64,000 bases of DNA from the NCBI GenBank assembly GCA_963674705.1, contig OY771506.1, positions 3,040,001-3,104,000 of the forward strand. Reading direction: 5' to 3'. This DNA comes from Phycisphaeraceae bacterium (GTDB lineage Bacteria; Planctomycetota; Phycisphaerae; Phycisphaerales; Phycisphaeraceae). Below the pieces are notes generated by a model that saw only the letters and a list, made by a program, of their open reading frames with translations, searched no databases and was not told where the DNA came from. Shown in pieces: positions 49,505-58,371 of the stretch. How positions within the stretch are numbered: the stretch's first letter is position 1; every line of letters begins with the position of its first letter. Both the position numbers and the translations under genes were made by a program.

Positions 49505-50641
49505 TTACTCCGATTTAATCCCGGACAGCACACCGTCCTCAACACTCGACAGCGCGCGGTCAAGCACGGTAAATGCTGCTCCCATCGCAACGCCGTGATC
49601 CCCCAGTTCCGAGGCCAATACAGGGATATGCCGATCGGGTACCGGTACGAGACCCCTATTCAATTCCGATTCAATTAGGTCGAACAACCTTTTGTTACAG
49701 AATGCAGTATTACTGCCGATGATCACGGCTTCCGGATCGAACAAGTCGCAAAGAATGGCGAGCGTGCGACCCGTTCCGATGGCAAGTTTGTGCAGACCCT
49801 CAGTCATGTCTGCTTCGGCCTGTCCCATAAGGAGGACTTCCTCGGCACTGTAACGCTCGACTGACACGATCTCACGCACCAGCTGATGGACTTCACCCGC
49901 GGCGAAGTGGGCGCCACGGTCAAGCTTGCCCCCCACGTAATGCGTTGAGCCGACGCTTATGAAATCGTAAAAACCGCCTACCGCACTGATATGCAGAAGG
50001 ATATAAATAAAGTTCTTCAACGGAACACCGCAGCCGATGCGGCCTTCGGCAACGGCCGCAAAATTGACGTTATTATCCACACGGACATGGGTGTTGAACT
50101 GCTTAGCCAATAAGCTTCCTATCGAATACTTATGTAGCTTGAGCATGGACGAGAACACAACCTGGCCGGTACGCGTGTCCACAATACCGGGGATGCCAAC
50201 ACCCACACCCAGCATCTTGCCTATCGCCTTGTCACGACGCGAACCCCAATCGGTGATGCGATCGCCTAGCGTGCCGAGGATATGGGGCAGATCGTGATCG
50301 ATCTCGAAGTAGTCGTGTTCAAGCACGTTTCCGGCCATGTCCAGGTATGTGATAAAGCCCCAGTCGGTACTGATACCGAGTCCGGCGACCCATCCTCTGC
50401 TGGGATTGACTTCCAGAAGGACCTGTTTTTTGCCGACAGTATTGGACGCACGCTTACCCATGTTGCGGATAATGTTGGATTCCAACAAGTCGCGGACGAT
50501 ATAGGTCATTGTGGACCCGTGCAGACCGGTCATCTCGGTCAATTGCCGGCGTGACAGTGGTCCGTTACGCAGGAGTTGAAGAATCTGCCGACGGCTATGA
50601 AGTGCCGCATTAGTCAGGTTGGATTTGTCGGGTGGCGTCAT
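49505..50641 (-). CDS. ROK family transcriptional regulator
   Basis: N-terminal HTH (GPLSRRQL...GL), GVGVGIPGIVD, VDNNVNFAAVAE, AGEV, FDPEAVIIG. Confidence 0.9.
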   Translation of the reverse strand: MTPPDKSNLTNAALHSRRQILQLLRNGPLSRRQLTEMTGLHGSTMTYIVRDLLESNIIRNMGKRASNTVGKKQVLLEVNPSRGWVAGLGISTDWGFITYLDMAGNVLEHDYFEIDHDLPHILGTLGDRITDWGSRRDKAIGKMLGVGVGIPGIVDTRTGQVVFSSMLKLHKYSIGSLLAKQFNTHVRVDNNVNFAAVAEGRIGCGVPLKNFIYILLHISAVGGFYDFISVGSTHYVGGKLDRGAHFAAGEVHQLVREIVSVERYSAEEVLLMGQAEADMTEGLHKLAIGTGRTLAILCDLFDPEAVIIGSNTAFCNKRLFDLIESELNRGLVPVPDRHIPVLASELGDHGVAMGAAFTVLDRALSSVEDGVLSGIKSE

Positions 50642-50759
50642 GATCTAATTATTAAAGCAGGCAAAATTACAGTTCACAAAATGTTCCATCGGTCTCTAAC
50701 GTATGAGCAACTGGATGATGTTCATATCACCCGCCATCGCGTAGATCGCACGGCGGTTG

Positions 50760-51584
50760 TTACGGCCTCGGGTCGATCAGGCCGTCCCAACGGATGATGT
50801 CGTAATCGATATCACTTGGTGACTTGCTGTCAACGTGGCTGTCCAGATAGAGAATGTTGCCAGTGCCCCTGTGACGTTCGGGATCGGGGGTGATGCCATC
50901 CAATTCGCCCCCCATCTTTGTCTTGGAGGCGTTATACCACCAAAAAGCATGCTTGCCGTTTTCGGCCGGGGTACTATCTATGTCCATTTTGAGCCGGTGG
51001 CCGTTACTGTCCCAGAACAATGTATAGTTGCTGGCGCCCTTGACTGCGTCGATCTTATCACCCGCCCAAAGCTCGATCGCTTCAAAGCCGCCGCCATACT
51101 GCCCGCCACTGGCAGTAAAGATTGTTTGCCACTGGCCGGTGGTTCTTGGGCTGGCATCCGTATGGCCGGGCCCGAATTCGTTAATGTCGTTGTTGAGCAT
51201 GTAGCTGCCACCGGCCTCGATCGTTTTGACTGCGGGAAGGTCACCTCCGAAAGCGTCCGTGATGGGCTCGGCATCATTGGGGCAGATCAGGGTTGAATCG
51301 GCAAGGTTGCCATTCTCACCTGGTGAGGCAATCTCCGAAGGATACCGATCCGTGAGCAGTCGTGACCAACGCTTGGCCATGGCTGTCCTGACAACAGCCC
51401 GCCGGTCGCTGTCGCCCAACCAAAGCTCATGGGCAATCCCGACCTGCTTGAGCTTGGCCTTACAGACCATGTTCTTGGCACTCTCGCGTGCGGCCCCCAA
51501 AGCAGGCAGCAGGATGCCAACCAACAGTGCAATGATGGATATGACGACCAGTAACTCTATTAATGTAAATGCTTTGCGTGACAT
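50760..51584 (-). CDS. Prepilin-type N-terminal methylation / DUF1559-type protein
   Basis: [32 protein letters not shown]-terminal [15 protein letters not shown] (H-X9-DG-like). Confidence 0.9.
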   Translation of the reverse strand: MSRKAFTLIELLVVISIIALLVGILLPALGAARESAKNMVCKAKLKQVGIAHELWLGDSDRRAVVRTAMAKRWSRLLTDRYPSEIASPGENGNLADSTLICPNDAEPITDAFGGDLPAVKTIEAGGSYMLNNDINEFGPGHTDASPRTTGQWQTIFTASGGQYGGGFEAIELWAGDKIDAVKGASNYTLFWDSNGHRLKMDIDSTPAENGKHAFWWYNASKTKMGGELDGITPDPERHRGTGNILYLDSHVDSKSPSDIDYDIIRWDGLIDPRP

Positions 51585-51710
51585 TTCGGGACACTCCCTG
51601 GTTAATCCTGCCTAGTTCCGTATGTAACCTGACTGACATGGGCTGATATGGTCGGTTCACTCATAGTGCCAAGCCATCTGCATACAAGATTAATCGCGAC
51701 CATTCTGCCT

Positions 51711-51750
51711 GTCAATATTAATTAGTTAATATTAATAAATATTTATTGAC
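51711..51750. promoter_or_regulatory. AT-rich divergent promoter / operator
   Basis: gtcaatattaattagttaatattaataaatatttattgac; outward-facing TTGAC at both ends between divergent operons. Confidence 0.6.
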
Positions 51751-51781
51751 GGGAGTGAACGGCCTCACTAAAGTACACGCA

Positions 51782-52828
51782 ATGAAAGACATACTTCTAT
51801 TGGGGCTGACCTGCATGCTCATGGTGTCTTGTCAATCTTCTGTATCTGAACGCCAGATCCCGGGAGAATTATCACAAACCATTGTTATTGATGAAATTAA
51901 AGGTGAAACAACCCCATCGGGCATACAGGGAATGTGGGTCTGGAGACCCGACGAGATCAACACCGACCAGGCCCAGGACGAACTCTTGAACTTCTGTGAG
52001 CGATTCGGTTTCAACCGGTTACTCGTGCAGATTCACCAGGTGGATGATCGGTCGCCTGTCTACACGATCAAGTATCCGCGGGAATTGACACGGCTGGTCG
52101 CCCAAGCCACGGAGCGCGGCATCAAGGTTGAGGCGCTGGATGGCGCTAACGACATGGCTTTCGCGGCGAACCAACTCCGATCACTGGAGGGCCTCGATGC
52201 ACTTATTGATCTGAACCAATCGATGCCCGAAGGCAAGCGGTTCATCGGCGTCCACTACGACATCGAGCCCTATACCAGCGACTTCTGGAAGTCCTCTCAG
52301 CACAACCGCGATATTGCGATGTTGGACCTTCTTACATTCTACGTCATGGCAAGGCAGAAGCTCGATGATCGTGGTTCCGGGATGCTTTTGGCGTGCGATA
52401 TTCCCATGTGGTACGACACAAAGACCTCCCCGGACGACAACTGCATCGTCACGTTCAACGGCCAAACCAAGAATCTGCACGAGCATATCCAGGATCTTTG
52501 CGACTACGTCGGTATTATGTCGTACCGACAGAATGCGGTGGGCCCCAACTCGGCATCCGAACATATCGCCGGTGAACTGGCCTACGCGGAGATGATCGGC
52601 AAACAGCTGTGCGCAGCGCTGGAGACGGTCGAACTTAAGGATACGCCCGAGATCAGTTTTTACGGGAAGTCACCGGATGAGTTCTGGCGGCAGGTCACGC
52701 TGCTAGAAGAACAACATGCCCAGAGGCCGGGCTACGCGGGCACGCTATTGCATTGCTACCGAGGCCTACGCAATCTGCTGTTGGATCGCCCTATTCGCCC
52801 TGACGGTTCACCAGCTCATGCCCCATGA
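51782..52828 (+). CDS. Lipoprotein with putative TIM-barrel glycosidase-like domain
   Basis: Lipobox LMVSC; GMWVW, GVHYDIEPY, DIPMWY, IMSYR. Confidence 0.6.
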   Translation: MKDILLLGLTCMLMVSCQSSVSERQIPGELSQTIVIDEIKGETTPSGIQGMWVWRPDEINTDQAQDELLNFCERFGFNRLLVQIHQVDDRSPVYTIKYPRELTRLVAQATERGIKVEALDGANDMAFAANQLRSLEGLDALIDLNQSMPEGKRFIGVHYDIEPYTSDFWKSSQHNRDIAMLDLLTFYVMARQKLDDRGSGMLLACDIPMWYDTKTSPDDNCIVTFNGQTKNLHEHIQDLCDYVGIMSYRQNAVGPNSASEHIAGELAYAEMIGKQLCAALETVELKDTPEISFYGKSPDEFWRQVTLLEEQHAQRPGYAGTLLHCYRGLRNLLLDRPIRPDGSPAHAP

Positions 52829-52949
52829 AATATCGTCGTCAGACGGAACATTAACCACGCGGGCAACCATTTGTCGTTAAGAAAGCCCGGCAGTGTTGTC
52901 GGACAGAGGTCGATAAACAAGTATCCGGTGGATAGGAGACCACGTAGCC

Positions 52950-53822
52950 ATGCGTTTGACAATACCAATCATGATTGCAATCACCACCACAGCCTTGATA
53001 AACCTTAGCCTTCTCGTGTCTTGCGCGCAGGGTGGTGAACCACAGTATCAGCGGTCGCTGGAGTTCGCGGGCCGGCCCTGGCTTGTCAGAAACAGCGATC
53101 AGTTGGTGGGTCCGGGCCCGAACTTCTTCTCGGATGAACCCAGCCAGGTCTGGGTGGATGATCAGGGGCATTTGCACATGTCGATCAAGCCACAGGACGG
53201 CCAATGGCGGTGCTCTCAGCTGCGATCGGACTGGCCTGTGGGGTACGGCGTCTATGAATTCCATTTGGCCGGCGGCGCTGATCAATTCGATCCCAACGTC
53301 GTGATCGGCCTGTACACGTGGGACAGCAACACATCCAAGACCGACGCCAACAGCGAGATCGACATCGAGATCACGCGTTGGAGTCGCACTGATGAACAAG
53401 CCCCGAACCTTTACTACACCGTGCATCCGGGCTGGGGTCCCGACGGCAAGCATGAGGAACGGGCTGACAAGTTACTGATGTCGCTCGATGGCGAATCGTC
53501 TACCCACATTATCACCTGGCATCCGGACCGGATCACCTGTGCAAGCTACCGGGGGGACTTGCCGGATCCGGACAATCTTATTGCCGAGTGGGTCTTCGAC
53601 GACACCAACCCACCCCGCGTCAAGAAGATCTCTGAGGACCAGACCACCGATCCTGTTTTGATTCCCAGACCAAGCCCGACGACTCACATCCAGATGAACC
53701 TTTGGCTGCATAGTGTGCCGCACGTGCAAGGCGTTCCGCCGACCGATGGCAAGCCCGTGGAAATGATCGTGACCGGGTTCCGGTATACCCCAGCGGAGCA
53801 GGCGGAAATCCCCGAACCGTGA
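52950..53822 (+). CDS. GH16-like exported glycoside hydrolase
   Basis: GPGPNFFS, GYGVYEF, EIDIE (ExDxE), MNLWL. Confidence 0.75.
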   Translation: MRLTIPIMIAITTTALINLSLLVSCAQGGEPQYQRSLEFAGRPWLVRNSDQLVGPGPNFFSDEPSQVWVDDQGHLHMSIKPQDGQWRCSQLRSDWPVGYGVYEFHLAGGADQFDPNVVIGLYTWDSNTSKTDANSEIDIEITRWSRTDEQAPNLYYTVHPGWGPDGKHEERADKLLMSLDGESSTHIITWHPDRITCASYRGDLPDPDNLIAEWVFDDTNPPRVKKISEDQTTDPVLIPRPSPTTHIQMNLWLHSVPHVQGVPPTDGKPVEMIVTGFRYTPAEQAEIPEP

Positions 53823-54176
53823 AGTGTCCGTCCTACTAGTGGTGTTCGTCAGAAATCTTGGAACATAACCGTTGATCGAATTCCCGGGATATTGAGCGTA
53901 GTCTGCATTAATGTGCCATGTAATGCTAGGATTTCGAGTACCCGGATAACTTACACACCGTTAGTCGGGGTATACTAGCTGATGCTGAAAGAAGCCGGTA
54001 GCGTAGCCCGGCAGAGGTCGTGTTGGCAATATTGGTTCACAGAAGTACTGATTACTCTCGCTTGACGAGGCCACGTAAGACCTACAGCGACTTGGAAAGC
54101 TTGGCCCGATGATGCCCAGAGACTCACGCTCCATACGGACCAGCTCAAGGTCAAGACCAGAAGCAGCGGAATTCAC

Positions 54177-55091
54177 ATGGACTCTGGTATAAAACGTGAG
54201 GGCAGGTCAATCGTTGCGGAAGGACTGATCAAACGGTTCGGCGACCTGATCGCGGTTGACGGAGTCTCGTTTGAACTCCGTGCGGGTGAGACCTTCGGCC
54301 TGCTCGGTCCCAACGGCGCCGGCAAGACGACCACCATCCATATGCTCATCGGGGCGCTCGATCCCGACGGCGGGCGCGTCGTTTTCGACGGGCAGGACAT
54401 GTCCCTCGCCATCCGCCGGCGCATCGGCGTCGCGCCGCAGAGCCTCGCCCTCTACGAGAACATGAGCGGCCAGGGCAACCTCCGATTCTTTGGCTCCCTC
54501 TACGGCCTGGCAGGCTCGCGGCTCAGCGAGCGAGTCGACCTGGCGCTTGAACTCGCCGGTCTCGTCGACCGACGACACGACAGGGTCGCAACCTACTCCG
54601 GCGGCATGAAGCGACGGCTCAATCTCGCCTGTGCCATGGTCCATGGCCCCGACGTCATCTTCCTCGACGAGCCTACCGTCGGCGTCGACCCGCAGTCACG
54701 CAACCACCTCTTCGACGCCATCGAGCGCCTCAAGGACAACGGGCTCACCGTCCTCTATACCACGCACTACATGGAGGAGGCACAGCGACTCTGCGATCGC
54801 GTCGCTATCATGGATCACGGCAGGATCCTCTCGCTCGACACCGTCGACGCACTCATCGACGCTCACGGCGGTGGCTGGGTTATCCGCGCGGAACTCGCGG
54901 ACATCCCCCCGGACACCGCATCGATCCCTGGCACGCTCGACGGAACCACCCTGCGCATCGAGACCGCCGATCCCTCTCGGACACTCGGCGACCTCGCCGC
55001 CTCCGGCGTTCACCTTACCGATCTCTCGCTCGAGCGACCCGACCTCGAGCGCGTCTTTCTCTCACTCACCGGACGAACACTAAGGGATTGA
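54177..55091 (+). CDS. ABC-2 type exporter ATP-binding protein
   Basis: GPNGAGKTT, YSGGMKRR, FLDEPT, TTHY. Confidence 0.95.
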   Translation: MDSGIKREGRSIVAEGLIKRFGDLIAVDGVSFELRAGETFGLLGPNGAGKTTTIHMLIGALDPDGGRVVFDGQDMSLAIRRRIGVAPQSLALYENMSGQGNLRFFGSLYGLAGSRLSERVDLALELAGLVDRRHDRVATYSGGMKRRLNLACAMVHGPDVIFLDEPTVGVDPQSRNHLFDAIERLKDNGLTVLYTTHYMEEAQRLCDRVAIMDHGRILSLDTVDALIDAHGGGWVIRAELADIPPDTASIPGTLDGTTLRIETADPSRTLGDLAASGVHLTDLSLERPDLERVFLSLTGRTLRD

Positions 55092-55097
55092 ACCTCG

Positions 55098-56471
55098 ATG
55101 CTTGCCAATGCCTTTCGCATCGCCGTCAAGGATCTCTCGCTCCTCTGGGGCGACAAGATGGGGCTCTTCTTCGTCCTCGCCTTCCCGCTCATCATGGCGC
55201 TCTTTTTCGGCTCCATCTTTGGCGGCGGCGGCGGCGGAACTACCGAGATGGGCATCGCCGTCGTCGACCTCGACGGCTCCGAGGCCTCGCACGACTTCGC
55301 ACGCCTCCTTGACGAGTCCAATTCGCTGTGGGTTTGGTCACCCACCGAACCTGACACCGACGTACCTGTCGAGGTCACCGAGGAACTCGCGCGCCGAAAG
55401 GTCCGCGCCGGCGAGCTTACCGCTTATATAGTCCTGCCGGAGGGCTATGGGGGCGATGGCCCGTTCGCCGGGTTCGGCGCGGAGATCCGCGTCGGCATCG
55501 ATCCCTCCCGCCAAGCCGAGGCCGGATACCTCCGGGGCCTGCTCATGGAGGCCTCGTTCCGACGTTTCCAGGACCTGTTCACCAACCCCGATGCCATGGC
55601 CGAAGAAATCGACAAACTCATCACAGACGTCGACGAGTGGAACGTCGATCCCGCCCAGAAGACGGTCTTCAAGGGTTTCTTCGGCGCGTGGAAGGACTTC
55701 TTGCAGAAAGTCGATCCCGATGTCTATGGCCAGAGCCCCGGCAACGCCGGGGCGGCCGATGACCAGCTACTGGATGCAGGAACGGGTGCGGCAGAAGATG
55801 AAAACGCGGTGAGGGGAGGCTTCAGTCCCGTCACCATCGAGATCGAGGAAGTCATTCGTGAGGGCAGTAACCCGCGCTCCGCCTTCGAGATCAGCTTCCC
55901 GCAGGCGATGATGTGGGCGGTCATCGGCACATGCGCCACATTCGCAGTCACGCTTGTCCGCGAGCGCAAGGAGGGGACGCTCCTCCGTCTCCGTGTCGCG
56001 CCCCATCCGGCCGGCGTCATCCTCGCCGGCAAGGCGTTCGCGTGCTTCAGCACCTGCGTGGGCTCCCTCGCACTGCTCACCGTCATCGGGCACTTGGTCT
56101 TTGGTATGCGCATCGAAAGCTACGGGCTCTATGCGCTCGGCATCTGCTGTACCGGCGTCTGCTTCGCCGGCATCATGATGGCTATCACCACGCTCGGTAC
56201 GACGGAGGAGGCCGTCGGTGGGGCCGGGTGGGGCGTCCTCATCATCGCCGCCATGCTCGGTGGCGGGATGGTCCCGCTCTTGGTCATGCCGCAGTGGATG
56301 ACCTCACTTAGCATGCTCAGCCCGGTCCGTTGGGCGGTCTTCTCACTGGAGGGCGCCGTCTGGCGCGGCCTCACGTTCGAGCAACTCCTCCCCGCCTACG
56401 CCGTGTTGCTCGGCGTCGGCATCGTCGCCTTCGCCCTCGGTGTCTGGGTCTTCCGTTGGCGCGAGGGCTGA
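55098..56471 (+). CDS. ABC-2 type exporter permease
   Basis: N-terminal TM, large extracellular loop, ERKEGTLLRL, LGGGMVP..MPQW. Confidence 0.9.
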   Translation: MLANAFRIAVKDLSLLWGDKMGLFFVLAFPLIMALFFGSIFGGGGGGTTEMGIAVVDLDGSEASHDFARLLDESNSLWVWSPTEPDTDVPVEVTEELARRKVRAGELTAYIVLPEGYGGDGPFAGFGAEIRVGIDPSRQAEAGYLRGLLMEASFRRFQDLFTNPDAMAEEIDKLITDVDEWNVDPAQKTVFKGFFGAWKDFLQKVDPDVYGQSPGNAGAADDQLLDAGTGAAEDENAVRGGFSPVTIEIEEVIREGSNPRSAFEISFPQAMMWAVIGTCATFAVTLVRERKEGTLLRLRVAPHPAGVILAGKAFACFSTCVGSLALLTVIGHLVFGMRIESYGLYALGICCTGVCFAGIMMAITTLGTTEEAVGGAGWGVLIIAAMLGGGMVPLLVMPQWMTSLSMLSPVRWAVFSLEGAVWRGLTFEQLLPAYAVLLGVGIVAFALGVWVFRWREG

Positions 56472-56562
56472 GCGCTCCGTCAACATTCTGAATATCTGTT
56501 GGGGTGTGATGGCCCACCAGCTTGTTGTCGCATGATCGAGGCATCTTCAACGGTGTACTGAA

Positions 56563-56731
56563 TCTATGAGCAAGCCTCCCGGCAAGGTACGCTGATCTTT
56601 TGATCAACGACCTCTTATCAAGGAGACTTGTCATGGAATACGTTGGCATGGATGTTCATCTACATACTTCAACGCTGCATATTCTGGATGGACAACCCAC
56701 GGCGCAATGTGCGCCGCAGGCGGGCGATTAG
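56563..56731 (+). pseudogene. IS110/IS1111 left end with truncated transposase N-terminus
   Basis: tctatgagcaagcc identical to 37980-37993; RBS aaggag; ATG 56633 MEYVGMDVHLHTSTLHILD (first DEDD Asp), then decay. Confidence 0.7.
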
Positions 56732-56823
56732 TTTGAGATGATGTTGGTGGCCCACCTATGCAGCGAACACACACGCGCTGGCCTGGCCTTTTACACAGCG
56801 TAGCGCCAATATCATACCGATGC

Positions 56824-57438
56824 TCAATCCGAGACACCGACACAGACCGACCAACTCTCAGCCCACTCCTTACGCAGTTGAGACAACCGGGCAGGGCTGA
56901 TCCCGAAACGCTTGGCTACACGCTTCGCCATCTCACCGGCCGCAAGCGACTCGATCATCTGCCGGTCGCGGGTCTGCAATGAAGCCAGCCAGCGCCCGCC
57001 ATCAACCCGGAGTGCTACTTGTTCTGGGATGGGTGTCTCCCGGTCTGCGACCGCCTCGTGCAGCCAGCCGGAATCGTGTGTGTCATCAGCAGATTCAGCA
57101 TCCAGACTCTGCACACTTCGGCCATGACGCCTACGCCCCAGGTCTGACATGATGTCACGGCCGGCTTGCGAGTTACCTACACGACGACCCGCAACTACGT
57201 GCTTCACCGCATTGCGTGCGAAACCAATGGTGCCGATTAGTTTGAGTCGGCCACGCCGCTTCATGGAGAGGTATGCCTGGAAGCCGGCGGCGATCGCTTC
57301 AGCCACGGCGTCTTCACGCTGTTCAGGGCGCAGATAGGCGAAGCGTCTTCGGGCCATATGCGAGACACGGGGCATCACGGCTAAGAATGAGTTGTGTTCG
57401 TCGGTTGAAGAGGAAATATTTGTTGTGATTGTGGTCAT
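56824..57438 (-). CDS. Sigma-factor-like HTH protein
   Basis: RBS aaggag; REDAVAEAIA...GRRVG...PEQVALRVD..WL..L..RDR....LAAGE....VAKRFGISPARLSQLR (region-4-like HTH). Confidence 0.7.
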   Translation of the reverse strand: MTTITTNISSSTDEHNSFLAVMPRVSHMARRRFAYLRPEQREDAVAEAIAAGFQAYLSMKRRGRLKLIGTIGFARNAVKHVVAGRRVGNSQAGRDIMSDLGRRRHGRSVQSLDAESADDTHDSGWLHEAVADRETPIPEQVALRVDGGRWLASLQTRDRQMIESLAAGEMAKRVAKRFGISPARLSQLRKEWAESWSVCVGVSD

Positions 57439-57799
57439 GGGGACGCTCCTTAAAGAGACCGTCCCCATGCCGGAGACGGTCGTTGTTGAAAACGACCGCC
57501 CCGGTACGTGCGGGGCGTGCACAAGATTGATGATGTGGATTAGCCGGCGGTATATAACCGCTAATGATTAGGTGTAGGTGAATGACAAAGCCTCACCAAT
57601 ATCGACGATGTGGGAGCGGGGCTTTGGTCGATGGGGAAGGGCTATACCGAGATTTTAATTGTGCGACGGCACGATGAGAACGACCCGTCAATAGACGCTG
57701 GGCGGAGCAAATGGCTCGCGCCGCGGCAAGGGATCGCTTGGGTGACTTGTCACCGATGGTTAAGATCCTCACTATATAATGGCACGTTTTTGAAGATAA

Positions 57800-57958
57800 T
57801 TAAGCACCGGGGCTGACCAAATAGAGCGGTGCCAGCAAGAACCGCTTGCCGGAACCATCACAGATGGTTCCATATTCAGAGAGCTCCACTTTGAAAGCGC
57901 GTTCATACCGCCGTATGCGTTGCCGAAGCTTAGCCGGCTCTTTGGGTAACTCGTACAT
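57800..57958 (-). pseudogene. Probable N-terminal gene fragment
   Basis: MYELPKEPAKLRQRIRRYERAFK..DGSGKRFLLAPLYL reads as a protein-like N-terminus that stops after ~50 aa. Confidence 0.35.
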
Positions 57959-58166
57959 CAAGCTTGATCCGTCGTCTGATGAGCCTTCATCATAACCTGG
58001 TGGCATGTAGCCTAGCCGACACTGATTACAGGTGGCGAGTACTCGTACACCCAAGTGCAGAATGTCGTAGTAGATAGCACGGCTTAAGGCCTTGCATGTC
58101 CGGCGTTCGCTGACGCTGTCGTGCACCAAACGACGTACCTTCTCCATTGATTAGAGGGCTGAGGAC

Positions 58167-58214
58167 GCCTGCTAATTGCCTGCATAAGTCGAAAAGTGTA
58201 AAAAATAGCAGGCA
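58167..58214. promoter_or_regulatory. Putative integrase arm-type sites, right end
   Basis: gcctgctaat, tgcctgcataa and inverted aatagcaggca; same motif as 27445-27502. Confidence 0.65.
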
Positions 58215-58279
58215 ATTCTGATATAACATAAGCATTTAATATAAAGGTAATTATGGCAATAAAATAATGTTGAACAAGG

Positions 58280-58293
58280 CCTGTCACGGGCAT
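58280..58293 (+). repeat. attR: duplicated tRNA-Leu 3' end
   Basis: cctgtcacgggcat identical to 27358-27371. Confidence 0.9.
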
Positions 58294-58294
58294 T

Positions 58295-58321
58295 AGCTCC
58301 CTTCTGCGGGGAGCTTTTTTT
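58295..58321 (+). terminator. Intrinsic terminator after attR (probably the tRNA's original terminator)
   Basis: agctccc-ttctgcg-gggagct plus T-run, with no gene on this strand immediately upstream. Confidence 0.8.
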
Positions 58322-58371
58322 ATGGCATAATGTCATCTCAACTGGTCTTGCAGCCCTGATGATCTCGTAAC

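Larger units (their letters stand above)
27358..58293. mobile_element. ~31 kb integrative genomic island inserted at the tRNA-Leu 3' end
   Basis: 14-bp direct repeat cctgtcacgggcat at 27358-27371 and 58280-58293; integrase next to the tRNA; primase-helicase; mosaic cargo. Confidence 0.9.

Noticed and set aside
53823..54176. Possible IS ends, attC sites or ncRNA in intergenic DNA (also 41212-41667 and 57960-58150)
   Set aside because: Only short GTT/CCGTC-like motifs; I could not establish paired boxes, matching inverted ends or a convincing fold by eye
27372..58279. Island as a prophage or conjugative ICE
   Set aside because: No terminase, capsid, tail, lysis, relaxase or T4SS genes recognised
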